36,170 bases of DNA from Octopus bimaculoides (GCF_001194135.2 NC_068989.1:53675719-53711888); one strand, 5' to 3'. Shown: positions 21,031 to 34,764, counted from the stretch's first letter. A program made the numbers and translations. The notes: generated from the letters alone by a model not told the origin.

Positions 21031-23470
21031 AGAGAAAGAGAACGAGACAGAGAAAGAGAGAGAGAGTGTGTGTGTGTACAAATATATATGTACGTGAACA
21101 AATCTTATATTTCTTTAATGGACTCACGACGTCATAGTCACAAGAGGGGGCTATGAGAAAATGAGACACGAATATTCTCTGCAGGAACATTCACAATCTA
21201 AATTATATGAAATCTGAGGGATTTTCAACAGAACACTCAAATTAGCTCACATGTTTGCCTTTTTTCTTTAACTTTACACATATTCTTCTTTTCTTACTTT
21301 TAAGTATTATACTGCAAAACACTCGACCAAAATTATATTAATTATTTTTGCGACGCACAACATAATTTCATATAATATAATTGGCCTTTTTTACTTTTAC
21401 AGATGCAATTTAAATGAAGCCTAAACATGATTTTGTCGTAATCTGAAACTTGAATGCTTAACTGCGCTACTAAGTGCGACTCAGTATTTAGTCTGGCTAT
21501 CTAATACAATCGGATCTGCTGTATGCACCTCTCTTTCAGTTGAGGATAAATATATACAGCCACACCTGGACTCTTCGATGCTATTCCTACCAAATCCTTC
21601 AGTTTCTTTACCCTTTATATCTATTCTATCAATAATGATTTATTAAGAAATACAGGACCGATTGAGTGATGAATATTATCCTGTAATATACAGTTATGTC
21701 CATTTTTACTCTGCATTTTAATCCCGCTGTAGTCGGCTTTACATTTCATCCGTCCTTCGAAGATCAACAGAAAAAAAAAAAAGCAACCTAGCTGAGCTGA
21801 CTAAAGTGAGTGTTCCCTGACTTGTAGACTTGTCCATTTACTAGAAATTTCATAACAAATATATCATTATCACTTTTGACTGTTGATGTTCAGTTAGAAA
21901 ATCAATCGTTTGAAGAATATCAATCACTTAAATAAAATATGCCCATCTGTTTGATATTATCTCTGTCATGTGAATTTTTATTAATAGAAAGCAAACTAAT
22001 TTCTATCAAGCTTACATTTTTCTATGCTTAAACTCATGCACAGCTGCTTCTGTGCATGTGCGCGCGCGTATTTTTCTTTATATTTATGTATGCATGTAGA
22101 TATATAAATGTCAATAGTTGCAGTTGAATCATACCAATGAGATCAGGTCGCAGTGGTTTAAGAAAATTCTGACTCCTCAAGAAATACACAAAATCTGAAT
22201 TTAACTGAGAAATTTTTGTGTTCCTAAAATGGTTAAAGTGAAACTTTCATGATGGGAGTTTTATTTTAGTTTCAGTTTATATTCTCCAGTCAAGTTATCT
22301 GCAAACAAGTACACTTCCGAAATATATATACCTTTTATTAAATCAATTTTGTAGTTGAAGAACATGCTCGCTTTTATCCTCTGTGAGGTCACACGGTTGT
22401 AGAATATTCGACGAAATTTGCGACCACATAAAATTTGCAAGCAAAATATCTTATCAATAAAGGGATTTATTAATACTAACTTCCCAGAGAAAACCTACAT
22501 GCAGGCGTTAATCTATACATTTCACACCGAACCTCCTAAACAGAGCCAAGGCTACCTAAATACAGAAATCTCTCGTATAAACGACAGATGCAACACTACG
22601 TTGGCAGTGTCAATCTATTCCAAACTGAGCCAGTGGATAACGGCTATCAAGCGTCCTTTAACCGGGCACCGGCTTGGAAATATGTAAATTACCAAAAAGA
22701 TTCACATACCCAGCGTCAACATTTATTTATTTTGACATAGCAGAAAGACAAAACGAAACAAAACAACAAAAAACGTCAGTACGTGGTACAATATAAATTA
22801 GTTTGATTGTGTTATGTCTGTAGATGCTACACCAGAATACTGAATTAGCCTGTAGGTTTTGATAAATCCTTTAAGAAATTCGTTTCAGATTGAAGACCAT
22901 AAAATATAAAAAATAAGATGCATCAAATCGATCAACTCGGCGTCCTATATTTTTGAGACCTATAAAAAGATTTCAAAATGTCTGCCACATGCTGACATAT
23001 CAACTGCAAAGTATGATATGTAATATATCTGTAAGATTCCAAGAACGATCCTGATCAAACCTTTCTAAAATTTATATAGGCGGGATAACTAGGAGTATAT
23101 ATGAAAGATTTAGTGAGCACTAGAAGAACTAAACTAAATTAACATCTACTCCCATATTTACCAAACTGCACGCGATAAACACGATGCTTAAATGAAAAGA
23201 GTTAGTGTCGGTATAATATCTACACATCCTTATGATATATTGCTAACATAGGTAACAAAGCTGGTTTGCTTATAAGAAAATGAATCCGGTCTCGTCTAAA
23301 TCCGATTCAGATACCACCAGTGCACCACATTCAAGCACAAAGCATACTGACTACATATTTGCGTAAGAAGTGTCTGTCGTCCGATATATTTTGCTAAACT
23401 GGATTACATGAATCCCAAATGAAGGCGACTTTCATTTGTATGTTGGCTTGACGTTTCGAGTGTTCATTTT

Positions 23471-23502
<32 letters not shown>

Positions 23503-23966
23503 NNNNNNNNNNNNNNNNNNNNNNNNNNNNNNNNNNNNNNNNNNNNNNNNNNNNNNNNNNNNNNNNNNNNNNNNNNNNNNNNNNNNNNNNNNNNNNNNNN
23601 NNNNNNNNNNNNNNNNNNNNNNNNNNNNNNNNNNNNNNNNNNNNNNNNNNNNNNNNNNNNNNNNNNNNNNNNNNNNNNNNNNNNNNNNNNNNNNNNNNNN
23701 NNNNNNNNNNNNNNNNNNNNNNNNNNNNNNNNNNNNNNNNNNNNNNNNNNNNNNNNNNNNNNNNNNNNNNNNNNNNNNNNNNNNNNNNNNNNNNNNNNNN
23801 NNNNNNNNNNNNNNNNNNNNNNNNNNNNNNNNNNNNNNNNNNNNNNNNNNNNNNNNNNNNNNNNNNNNNNNTGTGTGTGTGTGTGTGTGTGTGTTTAGAT
23901 AGACAAATAAATAGATAGATAAGTAGATAAATAGATGTACAGATATGTATAGGTACTATGTACATA

Positions 23967-25111
23967 CATATGGCAGAAGTAAATAGACATCTTTATAATC
24001 ATTCATTTAAATCTGAAATTATACATTCAAATTATTTATTAATTGCTATAGTCTGAATATTTAATATCTAGTCGACATACCCTTTGCATACTTCAATGCA
24101 AAGACCCTATTAGGTATGTTACTGATCAGATGACGAATATTCCCTTGCGGAATTTCTTGCCAAGTTTCATGCAGTAATCTCAAAAGATCTGGCTTTGAGA
24201 ATGTTTTGTTGTTATTTCTATGAAGTGCCCTGTCCCCTATATCCCAAAGATGTTCAATAAGGTTCATATCTTGTGACTGGCTCGGCCATGGAAGCTTTTT
24301 AATGCCATTCTCATCCAACAAATCTTAGCTGTGTGACAAGGAGCTTCATCTTCCATAAATAAAGAGTCTTCTTTAATCATTTCACCACTGGAGAAGATTG
24401 GAAGGAGTCCTTTCTGCAATATGGACACATATTTATCTGAGTTTATGTTCCCCTCACACTCCACCAGCTCTGATCGACTATTGCTCCAAATTTCTCCCCA
24501 GACCATCACAGAATAGGTGCTGTGTTTCATTGTTGGCTGCAATCTTTTCTCATTAAATTCTTGTTCACAGAGTCTCCACACCCACACACGACCGCTGTCA
24601 GGGAATACAGCAAATATAGACTCATCAGACATTATAACAGTGTCCCAAAATGCTAATGACCTCTCCACCATCTTCACTGGCCCAATCTTTTCTCGGCTTG
24701 ATGTTGGCAGGTCGAAGAAGTGGCTTCCTTCTTGCTGCTCTACCATAGTAACCAATTTTGTAGAGATACCTGATAGCTGTTCTGGGACTGACGTCAACTT
24801 GTTCTGCTATGCCAGAGGTCTTGCAACGAGAATTATCCTCTATACTTCTCTTAGCAAAGAGAAGGGTCTTTTCAGAGGGCCCTTGTTGATCTTGGCGAGG
24901 TGATGTGGGCTCCTTCCCCTCTCTGGCGAATTGCACAATCATTCTATTAACTGTAGAAAGTGAGAGCCCAATGTTTTATGCGATTTTACGCTGACTACGT
25001 CACCTTCAGATTGACCCACAATACGGCCTCTTTGAAATTCAGACAGTTTCAAGGCTTCTTTTGTATATAGCAGTCACATATAGAACTTGAAACATAAAAA
25101 TGTCCATTTAC
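23967..25111 (-). mobile_element. Near-full-length, frameshifted Tc1-family transposon
   Basis: KLSEFQRGRIVG/SQRKIA*NIGLSLSTVNRMIVQF...GYYGRAARRKPLL/WDTVIMSDES...VMVWGEI...FMEDEAPCHTAK/LPWPSQSQDMNLIEHLW...KGMSTRY* (stop about 24061). Left TIR TA|CATATGGCAGAAGTAAATAGACAT; only a remnant (TGTCCATTTAC, 25101-25111) on the right. Confidence 0.92.
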
Positions 25112-25166
25112 AAGTTAGAATAAACATGGGGTAAGACAGTTCTATATTTAAGAGATGAGGAATTAT

Positions 25167-25307
25167 GTACATTATATTCATTATTTACATTATTTACGGC
25201 TGATATACCCTCCAACCTTCATCAGGTGTCTTCAGGAAATTTCGAAGCTGGGTTCTCATTCCTAAGGTATTTTTCGATGTTGTTGTTGTTGTTGTTGTTA
25301 TTATTAC

Positions 25308-25374
<67 letters not shown>

Positions 25375-25442
25375 ATTCAGGTCACTGCTTGGAATCGAAC
25401 TCGGAATCTTGGGGTTAGTAGTCTACATTCTTAACCACTACG
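25167..25442 (-). mobile_element. tRNA-headed SINE with internal (AAT)n and a hammerhead-like tail (family D), copy 1
   Basis: Minus strand: TAGTGGTTAAG (A box), GAGTTCGATTCC (B box), (AAT)n, then GACAC-CTGATGA-A-GGTTG-gagggtatat-CAGCC-G, deleted immediately after. Confidence 0.8.
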
Positions 25443-25447
25443 TATAC

Positions 25448-25829
<382 letters not shown>

Positions 25830-26209
25830 AACATGGGGTGTTTATTCACTTCTGTTATGTCTATGTATGTATTATATATATCGACATATATCTTTTATCA
25901 CTTACTTGTTTCAGTCATTAGACTACAGCCACGCTGGGGCATATTATATATATATATGTATATATGTGTGTGTGTGTGTTTGCGTGTATATATATATATA
26001 TATAATACACACACACATACTTACATATATACATATAGGAAAATATGTTGGTGCGAGTGCATGTGTAAGGTTGTATATATGATGAGCATAGTTACGAGAA
26101 CAGACTTGTAATGAAAAATATCAAAATTAACAACATTGCCAACTATAATAATCAAAACACCTATAACAACAACAACAGTAAAAATATAAACAAGCAACAA
26201 AATTACATC

Positions 26210-26541
26210 AACAAGAGCACGTAGAACGCCAACCTCCGCCAAAGTAACACCAACGTCCTCTCAAAAATTAGCCAGAGATGATTTTTAAAATGAGAGTATC
26301 TGAAATGAACCCGACTGCTCTCAAAAATTAAGTAAAAAAAAGTAGGAAAAAATAATTCAGAATCCTTGTCCGGTACCGGAATTTAAGCAGGTCTTGCCAG
26401 TCACGAGGCCAAACATCCCTGAAAGTTTCAACCGAATCCATCCAGTGGTTCTTGGGATATCTTGTCCACGGACAGACAAATAGACAAACAAACAAATACG
26501 ACTGAAAACAATACTTCCACCATCGATAATGCAGAGGTAAT
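26210..26541 (-). mobile_element. Non-autonomous DINE-1/HINE (Helentron-associated)-like element
   Basis: Minus strand starts ATTACCTCTGC...GGTGGAAGTA (5' hairpin-like), has GTTT/GTCT microsatellite-like units, and carries the subterminal inverted partner GGCGGAGGT near the 3' end (plus ACCTCCGCC, 26232-26240). No ORF. Confidence 0.45.
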
Positions 26542-26903
26542 TACTGAACTAGGTATCGACCACATCAGCGGGATTACCCTTTTTTAAATAGAAACAATAC
26601 TATTTATGGGAACCACAAAGTGATGACTTGACCTGCTAGAAATACGAGCCAAATATGGTATTTGAATAAGAGGAACATGCATTAAATTTGAAGGAAATGT
26701 AGATCTGGTGGCAAGAAACTATAAACTACGGCTTTGAACAAAATGGCTGGCAAGAAATAAGGATGGTTGGTCACGTTTGGAAGGATTTCGATTATAAATC
26801 GCAAGGGATCAACGGTTGACCTAGGGCTACACAAGAGCCTACCTAGCAACTGGTTCAATAATGATGAGAAAGACATGAAACAGTGACAGCAACTGCATCA
26901 ATT

Positions 26904-26904
<1 letters not shown>

Positions 26905-26944
<40 letters not shown>

Positions 26945-27120
26945 TTATTACTACTACTACTACCACCACCAGTACCACCACCACTACTGCTACTACGACT
27001 ACTGTGATTACCACAACCACAACTATGATTATTGCTACTTCCACAACAATAGCTACTATATCTACCACCACCATCACCACCACCACCGTCGCCACCACCA
27101 TTACTACTGCTACTATAACA
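26905..27120. repeat. Compound (ACT)n/(ACC)n trinucleotide array
   Basis: Direct. Confidence 0.9.
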
Positions 27121-27664
27121 AATGCTGTGGCTCCATAATTGTTGACAAACTGTTACAGTATATTGCAGTCAGCTGCAAGCTACACATCGAAGCACCACAC
27201 GAAATCACACTTGCAAGCACACTGTACGTTGACGCATGCATACACAAACAGAAAATCACACACACACACACGCATACATATAAATGTATGCGTATGTATG
27301 TATTTCCCCCCCCCACCATTCACGCACACATATACACACTAGAATCCACACATACAACAGAAACACAATTACAGACGCCGCACAAAGGCATTAGATAAGT
27401 ACAAATATATTTAGACAATGCTACCAGCGACATGATGAGAACACATGACGTCTCGTGGAAATATCGTGGTTTGAAATTATAAACCGGGATTTAAACGGAA
27501 CGGCTGGCGCGAGATTAAGAAGCTACAGACCTCTTTTGTCTTCGGATAGCTAAGGGAATGTAGGGTTTGGAAGGGACACAATGGACAGGACTAGACATCC
27601 AGACACCAGAGCCAACCAAAGAAACAAATGAATCAGAAGAATAAAAGCTGAGCAACGTTTTAAA

Positions 27665-27990
27665 GATGACTATGATGATGATGATGATGATGATGATGAT
27701 AATGTCAACGACCACGACGAACACGACGACCATGACAACAACGATTATGATGATGATGATGGTGGTGGTGGTGGTGGTGGTGGTGGTGGTGGTGAAGTGG
27801 TGACGACAACGACGGCAGCAAGGACAATGATGTTGATGATTACAATGAAGATGATGATATAGAATATCGTTATCATTGTCACAGTCTTCGTTGTTGCTGT
27901 GGCTGTTGTTGTTGTTGTTGTTGTTACTGTTGTTGTTGTTGCTGTTGTTGGTGTTGTTGCTTTTGTTGTTGTCGTTTTTGTTGTTATTTA
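27665..27990. repeat. Compound (GAT)/(GAC)/(GGT)/(GTT) trinucleotide array
   Basis: Direct. Confidence 0.9.
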
Positions 27991-28126
27991 ACTCAAGTGA
28001 AACCCGATGGAGAAGTCGTATGGTCAAAGATATTCAAACCCTGTCTAACGTCTGTCTTTGTCTCTCTGTCTTTGTCTGTTTGTCTGTCGGTCTGTCTGTC
28101 CCTCTCCCTCTGTCTGTCTATCTCTG

Positions 28127-28249
<123 letters not shown>

Positions 28250-28469
28250 AAGAGGAATCACTGACAATATTATCCCATTGTCCGTCTAACTTTTTCTACT
28301 TCTTCCTGGGGATGCGTTCTCATAGATTGTCTCCCGCATTGGCTCACTTGCAATAATAATAATAAATATCTTAAATATCTTTTCTTTCGTTTGCAACGGT
28401 CAAACATTACGCTATTCTACATGGTTTGGCTGTATGATATGTCTTTAGCTTTTTGTATTTCATATTCTA

Positions 28470-29200
28470 TTATGGAGAGCGTTGTGCATATCTGTAAGTC
28501 CTCAGGATTTGGCTATGCATTTTTAAATCAATCTCGACATAACCTACTACTATGAAGATTATATCTATTTTCAGACCCTACTTTCTGGTTATCCTGATTT
28601 CTAGAAAATTTCTGCATATTTTTTAAAGGAATTTTTTCTCTGTATGGTATCGGAGACATTTAATGATGATCCTTCATATCAATAACTGACCAATTAGCAT
28701 TCAACTCCCTTTCTGTCGGTGTTTATAACTCCTAGAATATCACTGCTATGTCATTTAATGCTTTTCTGATGTCTGTTTATACCACTTATTGTGCGTCGGT
28801 GTTCTATAATGCTGACAGCAGTTTTACCGCATGATAGTCCCAATTCTCTTATCCTTGTAAATGCACTCTCCCTCTCGACTAAAATTAGGCAACCACAAAC
28901 GAAATTGTTAATTATATTTCCTCCACCTCTGCATACTCTGCGGTTACTTAACGTGTTATGCTTCTTTTTTACTGTTGACAGTTTCTGGTTGGAAGATTCT
29001 GATTCTGTATCACAAACAATAATCTTATCTCAGTTTTGATGCTTGCTCTTCTCAGTGAATGGTCTTATATTTTTTTGCCGATTTTATAACTGTTCAGATT
29101 GTTTACTCTTTTTTTTTACTGGTATATCTCAGCCCCATTTAAGGTCACTTTCTTTCGCCTTTTCACTATTTCTTCTTTTGCGTCTTTATCTTATCACCTC
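28470..29200 (-). mobile_element. Old, highly decayed R4/Dong-clade LINE (zinc knuckle plus RLE region)
   Basis: Across frames: VKRRKKVTLNG/KTEIRLLFVIQNQNLPTRNCQQ/SNRRVCRGGGNIINNFVCGCLILVERE/KWYKQTSEK/LEIRITRK*GLKIDIIFIVVG. These match the R4 motifs QDQ..TRN, CR.C...E.I.H..SGC, WY.H.P and LEIEI.R.W. Confidence 0.6.
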
Positions 29201-29295
29201 AGCCTCTGTTTTTTATTTCCTTGAAGAGAGAAGAATGTCCATGTTTGCTTGAGTGTTTTTGTTTCTACTAATATTAGTTTCCATTGCAAAATGAT

Positions 29296-29485
29296 TAGCT
29301 AGCAGAATCGTTAGCACGCCGGACAAAATGCTTAGCAACATTACATCCGCCTTTATATTCTGAATTCAAATTTCGTTGAGATCGACTTTACCTTCAATTC
29401 TTTCTGGGTCGATAAAGTAAATACTAGTTGAGCAATGGGGACGATATAATCGACGTACCCCATCCCACAAACTTGCTGGCCTTGT
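29296..29485 (+). mobile_element. Degenerate tRNA-derived Deu/Nin-domain SINE (family of 34047-34262)
   Basis: GCAGAATCGTTAGCACGCCGGACAAAATGCTTAGC...GATCGACTTTACCTTCAATTCTTTCTGGGTCGATAAAGTAAATAC. Confidence 0.75.
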
Positions 29486-30859
29486 TTTTAAATTTGAAAT
29501 CAATATTTCCATTGTCCTTTTTTATTATTTTTGCAGCCCTACAGAATCTATTTAAAAATAATTTTCTAGTTGTATTGGACCCCTGTCATTTTGTATTTGG
29601 GCTAATTATACTAATTCAATATCAGATTTTGGACTTCCGTATTCTAAATGCAGTTATTATTTTGCTTATCTTTTCCCGTCTAGTATTATGTTGCATTTTG
29701 CGTCCAATTGGGAATATAAATGTTACTTATAACTAGGGGAAAACAAAGAACTGATGCCTATTGATTTATCATTATTAATTTTTCTTGCTATTTTATGTAG
29801 CAATTTAATGTCAATAATATTACTTCCTATTTGTTTTTGTTTCATTTCTGTGTTTGAAGTGGTGTAGCGTAGTTTTTTATCGGCATTACGCGATAGCCAA
29901 ATTGACAGTCCACTTTTTTAAATGTGACATACCTCCAACGTGATCAAACCTACAAATATAAAGTGACCGCACTCTGCAGTATGCACACACCTCATACCTA
30001 ACGTTAGGCCACTGTATATACTGAACTTTATATAATTGATCAATCCTTAAGTATTTATAAGTCAGCATTTGCTCTAATTATAACGTCTGTTTATTTATTT
30101 AATAGGATAGTAGTAGCCTTAATTTAATGAACATAAACACACACACACACATACATACCAGTATGTATGCATATACTCATACATGCATTCGCACATGCAT
30201 ACATACGCACATGCACACATGCGCATGCACACGCATACACATATTTGTTTTCTTCTAGGAAAGGCTTAATCGTCATCCCCAACATCAGTGGTAAATATAA
30301 AGGTCCGTTTTAACACAATTTTTGTTCTGAAACTATTTGGTTTTTGTATTTATACTCTCTACTCACAGAGTCACACTTTGGCTTCTAAAAACACATATTT
30401 GCGTGATATAAATAAAAATTCTTGCAACAACGCAAACTTGTGCGATACTTTCAAGAGTACTAACATCAACTTCTTTACTAGAGTAGTAAACCAATGTGGT
30501 GTCTTGGACATGGTTAGGATTCAGACTCAGAAAGAGGTGTAGCAGTGGCAGGGTACAAAAGAAACTGGCTTGTTACATGAGGAAGTCATTTAAATGTGAG
30601 CACGAAGGGAGATGACATGTTTCTGCTTCACAAAAGCTAGAAGAGGCTTCATTATTCTTGCAAAATAGTCTTAGATAATGGGTGTTACAATGTATTTTGC
30701 TGTCCCAATGTGTTTTCCGTTGGTAGCTAAAGGACGCTTGGAACTGTGTCAGCGTATGAAACCTGAGAACAAGTCAAGACAGTAGACCTAAGATACGGGT
30801 AACATCTGCATGAAAGTTGGTGCAAAGATGGATATGACAACGTAACACGAGAACCCTAG

Positions 30860-31400
30860 AAAAATAAATTGGTAATGAGGTTTTGCCCTTACTTCGGTGT
30901 CAGATTTGAAGCACGGTATGAGCCCGTACTGTGCACTGATGTGATGCAAAATGACAGGCGGTCAGGGTGCAGTTTGCATATGTCTGCTTATCTTGATTTC
31001 GAAGTAGAAAGAACGTCTTTGAACCTGTATCTAATTTTGGGTATACAGAGATAGGCGATAAAGCAAAAGGTGCTCGATTGATAGTCCAGCTGCTATACAC
31101 CTGGTAGTAAGAACCACTTTATGAGGTTCCGTCTTAAGAAGCTAAAATGGCAAAGAAAAAATGGGGATTCCAACACAGGCATGAACATCAAAATCAGCTC
31201 TCAAATCTACTATTATCATGGCATCTCCAATCGTATCCTTGAGGACAGCTTCAAGAATTATACAAGAAGTCACCTTGTATAAGTCACCTGGTAACCGACA
31301 ACCAAGTTCTCCCTTACACTGGCTACAAACTGTAGCATCACCTTAATGTCTTACGGCTATTAGAAGCACCTGTAGGAATGAGGGCAGAGAGTATTGTTTA
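30860..31400 (+). mobile_element. Possible very old RTE-clade LINE relic
   Basis: Weak motifs only: LVMRFCPYFG (cf. ELV..F.YLG) and GNRQPSSPLHWLQTV (cf. G.R.RGRP...W...V). Many stops. Confidence 0.25.
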
Positions 31401-31605
31401 AGAAGGCAAAGCTTAGACAAAGACAATAAGGTAAAAATGCGCTTAAAGCAAAGAAATGCAAAAACAACGAAGAGAATCAAATGCCATGGCAGGAAAATAT
31501 GTGATTCCGGAATTTTTGAATATCAGTGAGAGAGCTAGTGGGATATGCTGAACAACATAAATGTACTAAAGAAGGATGATATGGAGTAAGATTATGTAAA
31601 TCACT

Positions 31606-31752
31606 TGTGGTAAGTAACTTGCTTACCAACCACATGGTTCCGGGTTCAGTCCCCCTGCGTGGCATCTTGGGCAAGTGTCATCTACTATATCCTCGGGCCA
31701 ACCAAAGCCTTGCGAGTGGATTTGGTAGACGGAAGCTGAAAGAAGTCCGCCG

Positions 31753-31801
<49 letters not shown>

Positions 31802-31807
31802 ATGTGT

Positions 31808-31849
<42 letters not shown>

Positions 31850-32052
31850 CTGTTTTTTCCCCCAACATCGCTTGACAACCTATGCTGGTGTGTTTACGTC
31901 CCCGTAACTTGGTTCGGCAAAAGAGACCGATAGAATAAGTACTAGGCTTCCAAAGAATAAGTCCTGGGGTCGATTTGCTCGACTAAAGGCGGTGCTCCAG
32001 CATGGCCACAGTCAAAAAGACTGAAAGAAGTAAAAGAGTAAAATAGTAAGAG
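31606..32052 (+). mobile_element. tRNA-derived SINE with an internal (TA)(TG)n microsatellite and a CR1-like 3' tail
   Basis: B-box-like CCGGGTTCAGTCCC, CORE-like CTTGGGCAAGTGTC, internal microsatellite, and tail GGCGGTGCTCCAGCATGGCCACAGTC...GACTGAAAGAAGTAAAAGAG. Confidence 0.85.
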
Positions 32053-32483
32053 AACTATAGGCAACTAATAGAAACCACACATGCAGTTATGAACAAATGT
32101 ACTGTTGGCTACGCAGTGAATGTGATATTTTGAACTTGTCTAATTCAATACATAAAATGCTCACAGGCAATTTCTTGACTATCTGTTTTCTGAGCCGAGA
32201 ATGTAAAGCAGCTGGAATTGGGATGTGCCTAACTCAACCTAATTTGAGGTTTCTAACCCCTGTGCATGTGTTTGCCAAGAGAAGAGATGCCCTTATTTAT
32301 TTCTTGTATTAAGGCCAGTTTTTCGCATCTTAGTATTTGTGTATTCACATATTTTCACTGTCTCAATACACTGAACAATGTCTGCTTCATCGTCTATCTA
32401 TAACTATGTATGTACATGTCAGGCTTTTGTGAGCAACTTTTGTTGCACATTGCTGCATGCACAATTGGGCCCCGATGGTACGC

Positions 32484-32528
<45 letters not shown>

Positions 32529-32532
32529 CATA

Positions 32533-33089
32533 GAGTAAGAGAGCAGTGCATACCCTCAAAATGACATTAGGTTACAAATATACGAAGCCCAATGTATCAA
32601 TTATGACTACGTTTGATAATGGTACACCAGGCACATGCATCACAATCATGTGTGCGCGACATGGTGATGTTACATCAAGAGAAACAGCGCATGACCTTCC
32701 AGGTGGGGGCCAGTTAGAATTTTCTTCAGGTTAAATAGCCCATCCTGCTCAAAAGATCCCTGAATAAGATTTGTTTTAAGGATGATGGACAAAACACCCA
32801 TGTTTCCAGAGGTGAATTATTCAAACTCCAAAGAATTCCTCTCAACACGTGGCTATGATGCTCCGCCACTACTTCTGCTGGTGATCAGAGAAGCACATAT
32901 CGTCAGCCACTAAGAGACATGCTCAACTAGCCAAGGTCAAACAACTGGCAAGCAAATTTGAGGTATTGAGCAAAATATTAGCAGTAGCTAATCTTTTATA
33001 TCAAGACAAAAACAATGTACATGATAACACTTCCAATCAGTTAAGATCAGAAGCTCTGAGAGCCATTGCCTGGTATTGTATATAAGGCA

Positions 33090-33090
<1 letters not shown>
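32533..33090 (-). mobile_element. AAT element, copy 3
   Basis: Reverse-complement homolog of 10601-11157, with (ATT)n on both sides. Confidence 0.9.
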
Positions 33091-33150
<60 letters not shown>

Positions 33151-33967
33151 NNNNNNNNNNNNNNNNNNNNNNNNNNNNNNNNNNNNNNNNNNNNNNNNNN
33201 NNNNNNNNNNNNNNNNNNNNNNNNNNNNNNNNNNNNNNNNNNNNNNNNNNNNNNNNNNNNNNNNNNNNNNNNNNNNNNNNNNNNNNNNNNNNNNNNNNNN
33301 NNNNNNNNNNNNNNNNNNNNNNNNNNNNNNNNNNNNNNNNNNNNNNNNNNNNNNNNNNNNNNNNNNNNNNNNNNNNNNNNNNNNNNNNNNNNNNNNNNNN
33401 NNNNNNNNNNNNNNNNNNNNNNNNNNNNNNNNNNNNNNNNNNNNNNNNNNNNNNNNNNNNNNNNNNNNNNNNNNNNNNNNNNNNNNNNNNNNNNNNNNNN
33501 NNNNNNNNNNNNNNNNNNNNNNNNNNNNNNNNNNNNNNNNNNNNNNNNNNNNNNNNNNNNNNNNNNNNNNNNNNNNNNNNNNNNNNNNNNNNNNNNNNNN
33601 NNNNNNNNNNNNNNNNNNNNNNNNNNNNNNNNNNNNNNNNNNNNNNNNNNNNNNNNNNNNNNNNNNNNNNNNNNNNNNNNNNNNNNNNNNNNNNNNNNNN
33701 NNNNNNNNNNNNNNNNNNNNNNNNNNNNNNNNNNNNNNNNNNNNNNNNNNNNNNNNNNNNNNNNNNNNNNNNNNNNNNNNNNNNNNNNNNNNNNNNNNNN
33801 NNNNNNNNNNNNNNNNNNNNNNNNNNNNNNNNNNNNNNNNNNNNNNNNNNNNNNNNNNNNNNNNNNNNNNNNNNNNNNNNNNNNNNNNNNNNNNNNNNNN
33901 NNNNNNNNNNNNNNNNNNNNNNNNNNNNNNNNNNNNNNNNNNNNNNNNNNNNNNNNNNNNNNNNNNN

Positions 33968-34041
<74 letters not shown>

Positions 34042-34046
34042 ATTGC

Positions 34047-34262
34047 GGCGGCGAACTGGCAAAATCGTTAGCGCCCCAAGTGAAATGCTTAGCTTTATTT
34101 CGTCCGTCTTCACGTTCTGAGTTAAAATTCTGCCGAGGTCGACTTTGCTTTTTAGCCTTTCGCGTCGACAAATTAAGTACCAGTGAAACACTGGGGTCGA
34201 TGTTATTGGCTAGTCCCCTCCCTCAAAATTTCAGGACTTGTGCCTTTAGTAGAAATAATAAT
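34047..34262 (+). mobile_element. tRNA-derived Deu/Nin-domain SINE
   Basis: Head GGCGGCGAACTGGCAAAATCGTTAGC, B-box-like GAGTTAAAATTC, central GAGGTCGACTTTGCTTTTTAGCCTTTCGCGTCGACAAATTAAGTACC resembling the Deu/Nin domain, and a TTA tail. Confidence 0.8.
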
Positions 34263-34269
34263 TATTATT

Positions 34270-34690
34270 TATATGCACAGTATTTGTATTACTGATTCGC
34301 TGAACACAAAGCGGTTATTCGTGTCTTTAGATGTTCAGTGCATATTTGAAGATTAAAGAAAGATGCCTTCTGTAAATGCGTAAATTTAATTGTTATGCTA
34401 ATTTTTGAAAGCCATTTGGTGATATTTTCAGAAACTGCACCTTGTGAACGTATTATGACAGGAATTACCATAACCTTCATGCAGTTCCAAAGGAATCTTA
34501 ACTCCCACTTTATATTCTGGAATTTCTCTATTTCTTCATATTTTTTCTTTTACCTCGATATTGAAAGGGACAGGCTAGATCGATTCTCATATAAGTTCTA
34601 GCACCTTTCTTTAACCCAGCCATATCCAAGCCTTAGCTCGCCACTTACTTTTGCTCTCAGATTTCCATGTCTTATAGAATTTATGATTTA
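34270..34690 (-). mobile_element. 5'-truncated, decayed R4/Dong-clade LINE RLE fragment
   Basis: IDLACPFQYR/EEIEKFQNIKWELRFLWNCMKVMVIPVIIRSQGAVSENITKWLSKISI...LQKASF matches the RLE pattern D.A.P, EK..K...LK.E...LW, V.PV.I. Confidence 0.65.
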
Positions 34691-34695
34691 GAGAG

Positions 34696-34764
<69 letters not shown>

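Noticed and set aside
21403-21437. Strong polypyrimidine-AG acceptor followed by GT
   Set aside because: Stops in all three frames within 35 nt, and no other support.
24061-24942. Active Tc1 transposase gene
   Set aside because: Split over at least three frames, with a deletion after the second catalytic Asp and a truncated TIR. The DD34E spacing cannot be counted in this copy.
26740-26840. RMVGHVW-like RTE motif
   Set aside because: A single short motif without flanking support.
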